Positions 46,949 to 56,868 of a stretch of DNA of 64,000 nucleotides are shown here, piece by piece. Positions within the stretch are counted from its first letter, which is position 1. Every line of letters starts with the position of its first letter. A model generated the notes under the pieces. It was not told the DNA's origin, ran no database searches, and saw only the letters and a list, made by a program, of their open reading frames with translations. A program made the translations under genes and the position numbers. The stretch comes from Actinomycetota bacterium (GTDB lineage: Bacteria; Actinomycetota; Acidimicrobiia; Spongiisociales; ZC4RG35). The stretch is taken from the NCBI GenBank assembly GCA_052390035.1, contig JBQTHI010000044.1, forward strand, positions 6,797 through 70,796, read 5' to 3'.

Positions 46949-49681
46949 TTAGGGCCCGGTAAGTGGGTTCATGGCCTCCGGGTCGACGTCGTAGCGGGCG
47001 ATGGCGTCGTCAACTGCTTCGTGCCCAATCCGCCCTTCGCGGACCAGCGCCGCCAATGTCGCCACGATCACATGGCCGGAGTCGGTTTCGAAGAACCGTC
47101 TTAGCCTGGTCCGGCTGTCCGAGCGGCCAAACCCGTCGGTGCCGAGGATGGTAAACGAGCGGGGAATGAATCTTCCGACCTGGTCGGGGACCGCCTTCAT
47201 GAAATCGCTCACTGCGACGATGGGCCCCTCCGTTCCGGCGAGGGCCGAAGTCACGAAAGGGGTGCGGGTCGGCTCGCCGGGATGAAGCCGGTTCCATCGC
47301 TCCACTTCAAGTGCCTCGTTCCTCAGTTTTTGGTAAGAGGTAACCGACCACAGCTCGGCGCCCACCCGGTAATGGTCGGCCAGGTCGACTTGCGCCTTGC
47401 GGGCCGCCAGATTGGCCGTGCCTGAGAAGAGGATGGTGGCCCGTGCAGCGACGCCCGCCGGAGCCGGGCTCCACCGGTAAAGGCCACCGATGATTCCCTC
47501 TGGGGAACCGTCGGGTCGCGCCGGTTGTGGATAGGTCTCGTTGTAGAGGGTGATGTAAAAGAAGCGGTCTTCCGGTTCTGACCCGTACATCCGATAGATG
47601 CCGTGTTCGATGATCGTCCCCACCTCATAAGCGAACGCCGGGTCATAGCTCTCGCAGGCCGGGTTGGTGCTTGCCAGCAGCAAGCTGTGCCCGTCCTGGT
47701 GCTGAAGACCCTCGCCGGCGAGGGTCGTGCGGCCGGCGGTAGCGCCCAACAAGAATCCGCGTGCTCGGGCGTCCCCAGCTCCCCACAGGAGGTCGCCGAT
47801 CCGTTGAAACCCGAACATGGAATAGAGAATGAAGAACGGCACCATCGGGACGCCGCGTGTGGCGTATGAGGTAGCCGCCGCGATCCAGCTTGCCATCGAG
47901 CCGGCCTCGGTTATTCCCTCCTCCAGGATCTGTCCGTCTTGCGCCTCGACATAAGAAAGAAGCAGCTTCGCATCGACCGGCTCGTAAAGTTGGCCCTCGG
48001 AGGCATAGATCTTCAGCTCGCGGAACAGTGCATCCATGCCGAAGGTGCGTGCCTCGTCGGGCACAATTGGGACTACCCGTGGTCCAAAACCCTCGGTGCG
48101 GGCCAGGTTCCGAAGCAGACGAGTGAAGGCGGTGGTGGTAGACGCCTCAGCTTTGCCGGATCCGGCATATATCTCGGCGAATGCTTCCGGCCCAGGCAGG
48201 GTCAACGTCGAACGCACCGTCGTTACTCGGGCGGGAAGGTACCCGTTGAGCACCTTGCGTCGTTCATGCAGATATTGGTGCTCCGGGGAACCTTCCATGG
48301 GACGGAGATATGGGGGGTCGGCGTCGCCTTCCAGCGCCTCGTCGGGGATGTCCTCTTGAAGACTCAGACGATCACGGAGCACCTTGAGTTGGGCATTGGT
48401 GAGTTCTTTGATTTGATGGGTGGCGTTACGTCCCTCGACATCAGGGCCCAGTGTCCATCCCTTTATCGTCTTGGCCAGGATGACGACGGGGGCGCCGGTC
48501 AGTTCTGTTGCGAGTTGGTAAGAGCTGAAGATCTTCTTGTAGTCCAGCCCTCCTCGGCGTAGGGCCCATATCTCGTCATCGGACATGCCCGTCACGAGAG
48601 CAAGGGCCCTCGGGTCCTTGCCAAAAAAACGTTCGCGGACAAAGGCACCGTTCTCGGCCTTGTATCTCTGATATTCACCGTCAAGCGTCTCGTTCATCAC
48701 CTGGACTAGGGCGCCTTCATGATCGGCGGCGAGCAGCGGATCCCAGCCGCTCCCCCAGATGGTCTTGATGACGTGCCATCCGGCTCCCCTGAACACCGAC
48801 TCCAACTCCTGGATGATCTTCCCGTTTCCTCGTACCGGCCCGTCGAGGCGTTGGAGGTTGCAGTTGATCACCCAGATGAGGTTGTCGAGCTTCTCCCTGC
48901 TGGCAAGATGGATCGAGCCAAGGGTCTCCGGCTCGTCCACCTCCCCATCGCCGACAAAACACCAAATCTTTGACTCGGAGGTGTCATCGAGCCCGCGATG
49001 GTGGAGGTAACGGTTGAAACGGGCGTGATAGATCGAGTTGATGGGCCCGAGCCCCATCGAAACGGTCGGGAATTCCCAGAACTCCGGCATGAGCCGCGGG
49101 TGGGGATATGACGAGAGGCCGTGTCCTCCGATCTCGAATCGAAAGTGATCGAGGTGTTCTTCATCCAGCCTGCCTTCGAGAAACGCCCTCGCATAAATCC
49201 CCGGAGCGGCGTGGCCCTGGAAATATATGTGGTCACCGGGACTCCCATTGGCCTTGCCCCGGAAGAAATGGTTGAAACCGACCTCGTACAGGGTTGCCGT
49301 CGAGGCGAAGGTGGACAGGTGTCCGCCGATTCCCTTCTCCCGGTGATTGGCCTTGATCACCATGACCGCCGCGTTCCATCGAATGAAGCGGCGGATTCTC
49401 CGCTCCAGATGCTCGTCTCCGGGGAAAGGGGGCTCGTCTTCCGGCGGGATGGTGTTGACGTACGGGGTGGTGGTGGTAGGCGGTACGCCGATGTTGGCGA
49501 GATGGGCGCGTTCTAGTAGGCGGGCGAGCAGAAAACGCGCCCGGACCGGTCCGTGCAAGGAAACGACCTGATCGAGGGAGTCGAGCCATTCCTGGGTCTC
49601 GGTCGGGTCGGCGTCGTAGAGCTGGTCGATGAAGTCGTCGCCGAGCGTTCTGGCGACCTGACCCGGATCAGCTTCTCTCAC
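46949..49681 (-). CDS. aceE: pyruvate dehydrogenase E1 component (homodimeric AceE type)
   Basis: 910 aa. The AceE N-terminus LDSLDQVV...ARFLLARLLERA, the TPP-binding region and the transketolase-like domains are present. Confidence 0.9.
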   Translation of the reverse strand: MREADPGQVARTLGDDFIDQLYDADPTETQEWLDSLDQVVSLHGPVRARFLLARLLERAHLANIGVPPTTTTPYVNTIPPEDEPPFPGDEHLERRIRRFIRWNAAVMVIKANHREKGIGGHLSTFASTATLYEVGFNHFFRGKANGSPGDHIYFQGHAAPGIYARAFLEGRLDEEHLDHFRFEIGGHGLSSYPHPRLMPEFWEFPTVSMGLGPINSIYHARFNRYLHHRGLDDTSESKIWCFVGDGEVDEPETLGSIHLASREKLDNLIWVINCNLQRLDGPVRGNGKIIQELESVFRGAGWHVIKTIWGSGWDPLLAADHEGALVQVMNETLDGEYQRYKAENGAFVRERFFGKDPRALALVTGMSDDEIWALRRGGLDYKKIFSSYQLATELTGAPVVILAKTIKGWTLGPDVEGRNATHQIKELTNAQLKVLRDRLSLQEDIPDEALEGDADPPYLRPMEGSPEHQYLHERRKVLNGYLPARVTTVRSTLTLPGPEAFAEIYAGSGKAEASTTTAFTRLLRNLARTEGFGPRVVPIVPDEARTFGMDALFRELKIYASEGQLYEPVDAKLLLSYVEAQDGQILEEGITEAGSMASWIAAATSYATRGVPMVPFFILYSMFGFQRIGDLLWGAGDARARGFLLGATAGRTTLAGEGLQHQDGHSLLLASTNPACESYDPAFAYEVGTIIEHGIYRMYGSEPEDRFFYITLYNETYPQPARPDGSPEGIIGGLYRWSPAPAGVAARATILFSGTANLAARKAQVDLADHYRVGAELWSVTSYQKLRNEALEVERWNRLHPGEPTRTPFVTSALAGTEGPIVAVSDFMKAVPDQVGRFIPRSFTILGTDGFGRSDSRTRLRRFFETDSGHVIVATLAALVREGRIGHEAVDDAIARYDVDPEAMNPLTGP

Positions 49682-49780
49682 ATTCCCAAACCTACTGCAC
49701 CAAAGGGGCTATCCGACCGGTGGACAGGATCGGTTCTCGGCACCTGCCGATTGTGCCGGTGCCGAGCTAGCTTCCTCCTG

Positions 49781-50269
49781 GTGACCTCGGCCTACGAGTT
49801 CTCCGCCATTGACATCGATGGGAAAGAGCGTCAACTCTCCGAATTCGAGGGACGTCCGCTCCTGATCGTCAACGTCGCCTCACACTGCGGCTTCACCCCC
49901 CAGTACCGGGGGCTCGAAGAGATGTGGCGCCACTTCGGACCCGACCGCCTGGTGGTCCTGGGATTTCCATCGGACCAGTTCAACCAGGAGCCCGGTGACG
50001 AGGAGGAGATTAAGAACTTCTGCTCGTTGAAATACGACGTCACCTTTCCGCTGTTCGCCAAGATCGATGTGAACGGGGATGCCGCTCACCCGCTCTGGGA
50101 ATGGCTCCGGTCGGAACGCCCCGGGATCTTCAGCGGCAACATCAGGTGGAACTTCACCAAGTTCCTCATCGACCAAGACGGTCAAGTGGTGCATCGTTAC
50201 CGGCCGACCGACACCCCTGAGAGGATCAGCCGAGATGTGGCGGTGATGATCGAGTCAAACGGCGGCTGA
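49781..50269 (+). CDS. glutathione peroxidase (Cys-type)
   Basis: The start is GTG 49781. The motifs NVASHCGFTPQY, FPSDQF and WNFTKFL are present. There is no in-frame TGA. Confidence 0.8.
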   Translation: MTSAYEFSAIDIDGKERQLSEFEGRPLLIVNVASHCGFTPQYRGLEEMWRHFGPDRLVVLGFPSDQFNQEPGDEEEIKNFCSLKYDVTFPLFAKIDVNGDAAHPLWEWLRSERPGIFSGNIRWNFTKFLIDQDGQVVHRYRPTDTPERISRDVAVMIESNGG

Positions 50270-51139
50270 GCCTGTTGGGGGGGCCGACAACCACCTGCTG
50301 TAGGCGGCCTCCACATCGGCCGGGGCCTCGAGCTGTGGACAGTGTCCGACTCCCGGCATTATCACCAACTCCCAGTCGGGACGAAGAGATGAGAGCCACT
50401 CCACTCCCGAGCCGGCGATAACCCGGTCCTCGCTCCCCTGAATTATCAGGGTCGGAGCCTTGATCTTGCCAACCATTGCTTCATAACGGGATCGATGGAC
50501 CAACCACGAACCGCTGGAGCGGCCCGACTTGACCATGGCGTCGATCGCCCAAGGTTGGTGGCGCCGAGTCGTGGTGAGGTCCAATGAAGGCCCGAAGACC
50601 TCCCGCGGCACCCGATCTGGTCGATGGCACACGACGGCGAGGGTGTCGAGAAGCTGCCGTTGGGGGGTGGTGCTCCGCCAGTATTTCCTGACGAACGCCG
50701 GCCCGAGGACCGGTAGGCCTTGGATCATCAAACGTCTTGCGGTCATCCGATCGATCCGGGGATCGTCAATTCGAGGTGGGCTGGCCGGGCCGAGCAGCAC
50801 CAGGCGCTCGACCAGATGGGGCTGATCGGCAGCAATCAACATCGCCACAAGCGCTCCGAGGGAGTTTCCGAATAGGACCGCCGGTGCTCCCAGAGCTTCG
50901 ATCAGCTCCGACATGACCCGGGCGTGGGAAGCGACGGTAAAAGAGCCGTGCGGGGGGGTGTATCCAAATCCGGGCAGGTCAGGGGCGTACAGATGTCCAT
51001 GGTGGGCAAGTCCCGAAACCGGCATCCAGTTGAGATGAGCCCCCCCCAAGCCGTGGAGGGCGATGATGGGCTCGCCGGTTCCCCCATAGTCGTGGACGTA
51101 AACGGGTCCGGTGGGCACCGAGACGAACCTGCCTGGCAT
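50255..51139 (-). CDS. alpha/beta hydrolase
   Basis: The nucleophile elbow is GNSLG and the oxyanion region is HGLGG. The start is trimmed to MPGRFVSV. Confidence 0.65.
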   Translation of the reverse strand: MPGRFVSVPTGPVYVHDYGGTGEPIIALHGLGGAHLNWMPVSGLAHHGHLYAPDLPGFGYTPPHGSFTVASHARVMSELIEALGAPAVLFGNSLGALVAMLIAADQPHLVERLVLLGPASPPRIDDPRIDRMTARRLMIQGLPVLGPAFVRKYWRSTTPQRQLLDTLAVVCHRPDRVPREVFGPSLDLTTTRRHQPWAIDAMVKSGRSSGSWLVHRSRYEAMVGKIKAPTLIIQGSEDRVIAGSGVEWLSSLRPDWELVIMPGVGHCPQLEAPADVEAAYSRWLSAPPTGSAAV

Positions 51140-51187
51140 ACTCACCAAGTTAGCCCCTACAGAGGTATTCGCCCTTAGGATCACCTT

Positions 51188-52546
51188 GTGCGAGTTCTCC
51201 TGGCTTCGACCTACGAGCTTGGCCATCAGCCGCTACATGTGGCTTCGCCGGCGGCTCGGCTGCTGGCCGAGGGACACGAGGTGCGCTGTGTCGATCTGGC
51301 AGTCGAACCCTGGCCGGATGACCAGCTCAATTGGGCCGAAGGGGTCGCTTTCTCGGTGCCGATGCACACCGCCATGCGCCTGGCCGTCCTTTCCGCCCGA
51401 CGGATCCGAGATGCCCACTCCGAGCTGCCGATTGCCTTCTACGGGCTGTACGCCGCGGTGGGGGCAGACCGTTCCGTCGCGGAGTTGGCCGACCAGCGGA
51501 TCGTCGGTGAATACGAAGACGAACTGGCGCGCTGGTGCCTCGATGGAAATGGCACCACCAGGATCAAGGTCGACCTCGGTCGCAAACAATTCGCCCCGCC
51601 CGCCCGCCACCTCCTGCCACCACTGAACAGATACGCCAAGCTCCGCTACCTCGGGGAGGAGCGCCTCGCCGGTTACGTCGAAGCCAGCCATGGCTGCCGC
51701 CACCGCTGCCGGCACTGTCCAATTCCGGCGGTCTACGACGGCCGGTTTCGAGTTACCGGGCTCGACACGGTACTCGCCGACATCGGTCAACTGGTGGGGA
51801 TGGGAGCCCGGCATATCAGCTTCGGGGATCCCGACTTTCTCAACGCACCCCGCTACGCCCTCGATGTGTTGACCGCGTCCAATCGGTCATACCCCGATCT
51901 GACCTTCGATCTAACGGTCAAGGTCGAACACCTCCTCGAACATGCCGATCTGCTCGACACGATTGCGGGCTGCAACGTGGTTTTCCTCGTCTCGGCGTTC
52001 GAGACGACCAACGACCACGTACTGGGCTTGCTCGACAAGGGCCACACGGCTTCGGACATGTCGAATGCGGCCAGGCTCGTCCGCGCCCATGGCTTGGGCC
52101 TACGTCCCTCGTGGCTGCCGTTCACCCCTTGGACCCGTTCCGGCGATCTGGCCGAGATCTTTGCCTTTCTCCGCGACCACGACCTGTTGAAGACCGTCGA
52201 CCCGGTTCAGCTGAGCATCAGGTTGCTGGTGCCCGACGGTTCGCTCCTGCTCGACCTTCCTGACATGGGGGCCTATCTGAAAGAGTACGACCCCGAAGGC
52301 CTGACCTACCGGTGGCGGGCCGCCGATCCGGCCGTCGACCTGCTCCAGAGGAAACTGGCGAAACTTGCCGAGGACGGTGCCAGTGGCGCCTCGGTGCTGC
52401 AGGCAATGTGGGATCTGGTGATGGGGGCGGAGTCGATGCCCGTGTGGGTGGATGGAGACGGTCCAGGCCTCACCGAATCCTGGTTTTGTTGCGCCGAACC
52501 AACCGGTCGCCAGCTCAGCGCCGTAGGAGACCGCCGGAGCGCCTGA
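51188..52546 (+). CDS. CCAEP-tail radical SAM protein with N-terminal B12-binding-like domain
   Basis: The start is GTG. The N-terminus is Rossmann/B12-binding-like. The radical SAM motif CRHRCRHC (CxxxCxxC) is present. The C-terminus ends ...ESWFCCAEPTGRQ. Confidence 0.75.
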   Translation: MRVLLASTYELGHQPLHVASPAARLLAEGHEVRCVDLAVEPWPDDQLNWAEGVAFSVPMHTAMRLAVLSARRIRDAHSELPIAFYGLYAAVGADRSVAELADQRIVGEYEDELARWCLDGNGTTRIKVDLGRKQFAPPARHLLPPLNRYAKLRYLGEERLAGYVEASHGCRHRCRHCPIPAVYDGRFRVTGLDTVLADIGQLVGMGARHISFGDPDFLNAPRYALDVLTASNRSYPDLTFDLTVKVEHLLEHADLLDTIAGCNVVFLVSAFETTNDHVLGLLDKGHTASDMSNAARLVRAHGLGLRPSWLPFTPWTRSGDLAEIFAFLRDHDLLKTVDPVQLSIRLLVPDGSLLLDLPDMGAYLKEYDPEGLTYRWRAADPAVDLLQRKLAKLAEDGASGASVLQAMWDLVMGAESMPVWVDGDGPGLTESWFCCAEPTGRQLSAVGDRRSA

Positions 52547-52611
52547 CAGAGCACGGAGTGCCCATCGGCGGGGTGGCCTATTAAGTCATCGAAAACGAAC
52601 AAGGAGAAATC

Positions 52612-53550
52612 GTGAACGTTCTCGAAGCCCGAGGTCTCGAGAAGCGCTTCGGGAAGATCAAGGCGGTCAACGGGGTCAGCTTCTCGATCGCCCCAGGCGA
52701 AACCTACGGCTTGTTGGGCCCGAACGGAGCCGGCAAGACCACGTCGATCTCGATCGTCGCCGGACTACTCGAAGCCGACGCCGGCGAGGTGCTGGTTCAG
52801 GGTGAGGTGATGACCCCCCGGGCCGTGGCGCCCAAGGCCAAGCTGGGCCTGGTACCCCAAGACCTGGCTATCTACCCCGATCTAACCGCCCGGGAGAACC
52901 TGTTGTTCTTTGGGCGGCTCTACGGAATGCCGAGTCAGCGCCTGAAGGCGCGGGTAGGGGAGGTCCTTCAAGTGGTCGGTCTTGGCGAAAGGGCCGACGA
53001 TCCCACCAAAGAGTTCTCCGGGGGGATGAAGCGGCGGCTGAACATCGGGATAGGGCTTCTTCACTCACCCGATCTGCTGATTCTCGACGAGCCCACCGTC
53101 GGAGTCGACCCACAATCCCGCAACACCATCCTCGAATCCGTCGAGCAGCTCTCCTCGGCAGGTCTGGCGGTTCTCTACACCACTCACTACATGGAAGAGG
53201 CCGAACGCCTCTGCGATCGGGTGGGAATCATCGATCAGGGGGAGATCAAGGCCGAAGGCACCCGCCGAGACCTCATCCAACTCGTCGGCGAGAAGGACCG
53301 GGTAAAGATCACAGGCAGCGGATCCCTGCATGAAATCGCCGGGAAACTGGCCGGCCTGACCGGCGTAGAGGAGGCAGTTGTAAATGACGCCGGAATCGAC
53401 CTGCTGGTCGAGGATGCCGGGGTGCTCCTGGCCAGCCTGCTCGAGGCAGCCTCCGCCGGTGGCATGAGGGTTGCCGGGGTCGAGGTAGTGCAGCCCAACC
53501 TGGAAGCGGTCTTCCTCCATCTCACCGGGAAGGCGTTGAGAGACGTATGA
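52612..53550 (+). CDS. ABC transporter ATP-binding protein (ABC-2/DrrA-like)
   Basis: The RBS AAGGAGA precedes the start. Motifs are GPNGAGKTT, FSGGMKRRLNIGIGL and LLILDEPTVG. Confidence 0.85.
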   Translation: MNVLEARGLEKRFGKIKAVNGVSFSIAPGETYGLLGPNGAGKTTSISIVAGLLEADAGEVLVQGEVMTPRAVAPKAKLGLVPQDLAIYPDLTARENLLFFGRLYGMPSQRLKARVGEVLQVVGLGERADDPTKEFSGGMKRRLNIGIGLLHSPDLLILDEPTVGVDPQSRNTILESVEQLSSAGLAVLYTTHYMEEAERLCDRVGIIDQGEIKAEGTRRDLIQLVGEKDRVKITGSGSLHEIAGKLAGLTGVEEAVVNDAGIDLLVEDAGVLLASLLEAASAGGMRVAGVEVVQPNLEAVFLHLTGKALRDV

Positions 53551-54710
53551 GGAACCTGTTCGCCATCGCCGGCAAAGATCTCAAGTTGAGGATCCGGGAT
53601 CGCTCCCTGTTGATTGTTGCAGTATTGGCTCCGCTGGTCCTGGCGTTCATATTCAACGCCGTCTTTGGGTCGGCGCTACAAGGTGGCGTCAGCTTTGAGC
53701 CCAAGTTCGGGATCGTCCAAAACGCCTCGCCTCGGACCTCCGCCATCCTCCAACAGATCTCCACAGGGATTGGCGGGGCATGGGAGGTGTTCGGTTCACG
53801 CCAAGAGGCCGAAGAGGCAATCGACGCAGGCCAAATCGACGCCGTCTTTGTCGTGGGCGAAGGCCTCGATGGAGCGATCGACCAGGGTCGGGGAGGAACG
53901 CTCGAAGTGATCGGCAACGTGGATTCGGAAACCGCCACCGAGGTGGCGACCTCGATCGCCAAAGGTTACGGGCAAAGCGTTGGGGAGATTCAACTGTCGA
54001 TTGCCGCCGCCCTGACCGCGGGCGGCCATCCGGCGCAGGTCATCCCCGCCGCCACCGATGAAGGAGTCACGTCGACCGCTTTGGTTGGAGAGGTGAAAGC
54101 CGAGGTCCGCCAGCTCGACGCCACCACATCGACGGTGGCGGCGATGGCTGTTTTCTTCCTCATGTTCACCTCCCAAGTCGGATTCCTGAGCCTGCTCGAG
54201 GAACGCCGCGACGGCACCCTCGCCCGAATCCTGTCTTCCCCAACGCGACCTTGGCAGGTTGTGGCGGCCAAGAGCCTGGTGTCGGTCCTGCTGGGCCTGG
54301 CTTCGCTCTTCGTAGTGATGGTGGTCGGGCGGTTCTTGATGGGTGCGCAGTGGGGCAACCCGGCGGGCGTCGCCCTGCTGGTGGTGGCTGCGGTGGCGGC
54401 AGCCTCGGGTATCTCTGCACTGACCACGGGATTGGCCTCGACTCCGGAAGCAGCCGGAAACATCCAGGGCATCGTTGGCACCGTCCTTGGACTTCTGGGC
54501 GGGGTCTTCTTTCCGATAGGTGAAGAGGGCGGGCTTCTGTCCAGAATCAGCGGCCTTACCCCTCATCACTGGTTCATGAGAGGGCTGGCCGACCTTGCCG
54601 ATGGTCAGGGAGCCTCGGCGGCGGCTCCGGCCGCTTTGCCCCTTTTGGTCATCGCGGCAATAACCGCATTGGCGGCGGCCCTGTTTATCAGAAGGCAGGT
54701 CGCTCGATGA
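53547..54710 (+). CDS. ABC-2 family permease
   Basis: It has an N-terminal TM, a large extracytoplasmic loop and a C-terminal 5-TM bundle. The 4-nt overlaps on both sides suggest coupling. Confidence 0.7.
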   Translation: MRNLFAIAGKDLKLRIRDRSLLIVAVLAPLVLAFIFNAVFGSALQGGVSFEPKFGIVQNASPRTSAILQQISTGIGGAWEVFGSRQEAEEAIDAGQIDAVFVVGEGLDGAIDQGRGGTLEVIGNVDSETATEVATSIAKGYGQSVGEIQLSIAAALTAGGHPAQVIPAATDEGVTSTALVGEVKAEVRQLDATTSTVAAMAVFFLMFTSQVGFLSLLEERRDGTLARILSSPTRPWQVVAAKSLVSVLLGLASLFVVMVVGRFLMGAQWGNPAGVALLVVAAVAAASGISALTTGLASTPEAAGNIQGIVGTVLGLLGGVFFPIGEEGGLLSRISGLTPHHWFMRGLADLADGQGASAAAPAALPLLVIAAITALAAALFIRRQVAR

Positions 54711-55870
54711 AGGTGCTCGTCATCGCCGGGACCAATCTCAAACGCCTGTTTCGGGACCGGTCGTCGATCTTCTTCATCTTCGTGTTTCCGCTCGCCCTGG
54801 TCTTGCTCATCGGGCTTCAGTTCGGAGGTGGCTTCCGGCCTCAGATAGGCGTGTTGGAGGCGGCTCCCGGTAGCGGGTCGGCCCGGGTGGTCGACTCGTT
54901 AAGAGCGGAGGACGGCCTCGAAGTCGTCACCTTCCCCGACGAGGAAGCCCAGATCTCGGCGGTCGAGACCGGTACGATCGAGGCGGCGGTCATCCTCCCG
55001 TCCGGCTTCGACCAGGCGATCGCCTCCGGTGAGAAGGTTCAGGTGGGTTTTGTCGCCCACCAGAGCGGTGTTGGGCCAAGCCTTCGACCGGTTGTTGCCG
55101 AGGCGGTCCGGACGGGCCTTCTACCCGTCACCGCCGCCCGTTTCGTTGCCGACCAGGGCCTCGCTGGGTTCGACGCCGCTCTGGCCACCGCCAGCCGGAT
55201 CGAGCCGAGCCTCGAGCGGATCGAAGTGACCACCCGCACAATCGGCGAATCGGTGTTTCCTCCCACCCTGGGACGCTATGACTTGGGCGCCTCCAGTCAA
55301 CTGATCCTGTTCATGTTCGTCACCGCCCTTTCAGGCGGGGCGGTCCTGATTCAGACTCGCCAACTTGGGTTGTCGAGGCGAATGTTGTCGACCCCGACGC
55401 CGGTCGGGACGGTGCTGGGTGGAGAAGCTTTGGGCCGTTTCGCCGTAGTGGTGGTGCAAGGTTTGTACATCATGATCGGAACCTGGCTGCTCTTCGGGGT
55501 TAACTGGGGAAGCCTCCCCGGGGCGCTTGGGTTGATCTCGGTCTTCGCAGTGGTCGGAGCGGGGGCGGCGATGCTGATCGGGACGCTATTTCGTAACGCC
55601 GAGCAGGCGGGAGGGGTAGCGGTGATGGTAGGTCTCGGTCTTGCCGCCCTCGGCGGATGCATGTTCCCCCTCCAGCTGTTCCCGCCGGCGATGAAGCGCA
55701 TCGCCCATTTCACTCCCCACGCGTGGGCCCTTGACGGGTTCACCGAGCTGGTTCAGCGAGGTGGCGGGCTGTTCGACATTCTCCCCCAATTGGGCGTGCT
55801 GGCAGGGTTTGCCATGACACTTCTCGCCCTCGCTTCGTGGCGGCTGCGGGTGGCGATCACGACATCGTGA
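54707..55870 (+). CDS. ABC-2 family permease (second subunit)
   Basis: It is paralogous in layout to the preceding permease. Confidence 0.7.
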   Translation: MKVLVIAGTNLKRLFRDRSSIFFIFVFPLALVLLIGLQFGGGFRPQIGVLEAAPGSGSARVVDSLRAEDGLEVVTFPDEEAQISAVETGTIEAAVILPSGFDQAIASGEKVQVGFVAHQSGVGPSLRPVVAEAVRTGLLPVTAARFVADQGLAGFDAALATASRIEPSLERIEVTTRTIGESVFPPTLGRYDLGASSQLILFMFVTALSGGAVLIQTRQLGLSRRMLSTPTPVGTVLGGEALGRFAVVVVQGLYIMIGTWLLFGVNWGSLPGALGLISVFAVVGAGAAMLIGTLFRNAEQAGGVAVMVGLGLAALGGCMFPLQLFPPAMKRIAHFTPHAWALDGFTELVQRGGGLFDILPQLGVLAGFAMTLLALASWRLRVAITTS

Positions 55871-55936
55871 CGTAACGCCCACTGTCATTGAGCGACCTTC
55901 CCTATAGGGAATCAGTCAAGGTAAGGGAGGTACGGG

Positions 55937-56362
55937 ATGCGGAGGATCGTGTTGTTCTTGTTGGCGGCCTCATTGGTGATGGCGGCAAACCCGGCGCTGG
56001 CCGGCGGGAGGCCGCTTTCGACCAGTCTGACCGGAGCGACCGAAGTGCCCGGGCCGGGGGACGCAGACGGATCGGGTGAAGCCGACCTTTGGCTGAACCA
56101 GGGTCTGGAGGAGATCTGCTTCAACGTTCAGGTCAGAAACATCGCCGCCGCTACCGCCGCCCACATTCACCGGGGCGGAGTCGGAGTGGCCGGTCCGGTT
56201 GTGGTGGGATTGACCATGATCGATGGCGACACCTTCGGCGGCTGTGTAACCGTCGACCCGGTGCTGATCAAGGAGATCCGCCAACATCCGGATCGTTTCT
56301 ACGTCAACGTCCACAATGCCGCCTTCCCGGGAGGAGCTGTTAGAGGCCAACTCTCCAAGTAG
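55937..56362 (+). CDS. secreted CHRD-domain protein
   Basis: The RBS AAGGGAGG and a signal peptide are present. CHRD motifs are TGATEVPGPGD, AAHIHRGG, FYVNVHN and FPGGAVRGQL. Confidence 0.65.
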   Translation: MRRIVLFLLAASLVMAANPALAGGRPLSTSLTGATEVPGPGDADGSGEADLWLNQGLEEICFNVQVRNIAAATAAHIHRGGVGVAGPVVVGLTMIDGDTFGGCVTVDPVLIKEIRQHPDRFYVNVHNAAFPGGAVRGQLSK

Positions 56363-56385
56363 GCGGCTGCCCACCAAGCAACTGC

Positions 56386-56736
56386 CTACTCGACGTAAAC
56401 GGTGCCCCGCTTGGTCGTTACCTTTCCCCGGCCAAGCGGGAACACCCGGGTTAGCGCCTTATACGAGAAGCCAAGACCAGGGATCTTGGCGAAGATCCCT
56501 TGCGGCCCGCGAACCATGCGACCGGTGCTGACGTCGTACTTCGATTGATGCCACGGACAGACGAGACAACCGTCTGCGTCGATCGTACCGGCCGCCAAGT
56601 CGGCGTATAGGTGGCGGCATCGTCTGGTCACGGCAAACAGCTCACCTCGGGAGTTGCCTACCGCGTACCGATCGGCACCGGTCACAGTCCCCGGCGGCAA
56701 TTCGGAAACCGGACACACCTTGATCGCCTCTGTCAT
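56386..56736 (-). CDS. Rieske [2Fe-2S] domain protein
   Basis: The motifs CRHLYADL...CPWH (CxH...CxxH) are present. Confidence 0.7.
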   Translation of the reverse strand: MTEAIKVCPVSELPPGTVTGADRYAVGNSRGELFAVTRRCRHLYADLAAGTIDADGCLVCPWHQSKYDVSTGRMVRGPQGIFAKIPGLGFSYKALTRVFPLGRGKVTTKRGTVYVE

Positions 56737-56868
56737 GGCCCGACACTACACCCCGCTCTTTCAGAACCGGAGCCACGGGCTACCGTGCAAACGAGAGCGT
56801 GATATCGGTTGGGCACCGGCCGTCGGGCGATGCCACAATTCGCCAGATGATGAACTCTCGGAGCCGTG

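Noticed and set aside
52530-52546. Checked whether the radical SAM tail involves a recoded TGA selenocysteine (CUAEP form).
   Set aside because: Both tail residues are encoded by TGC/TGT Cys codons (CCAEP form). There is no in-frame TGA, so no SECIS search is warranted for this gene.
56737-56865. Possible CRP/cNMP-regulator binding site in the Rieske/cNMP-binding-protein divergent intergenic region.
   Set aside because: I found no convincing TGTGA-N6-TCACA-like palindrome. There are only weak partial symmetries.
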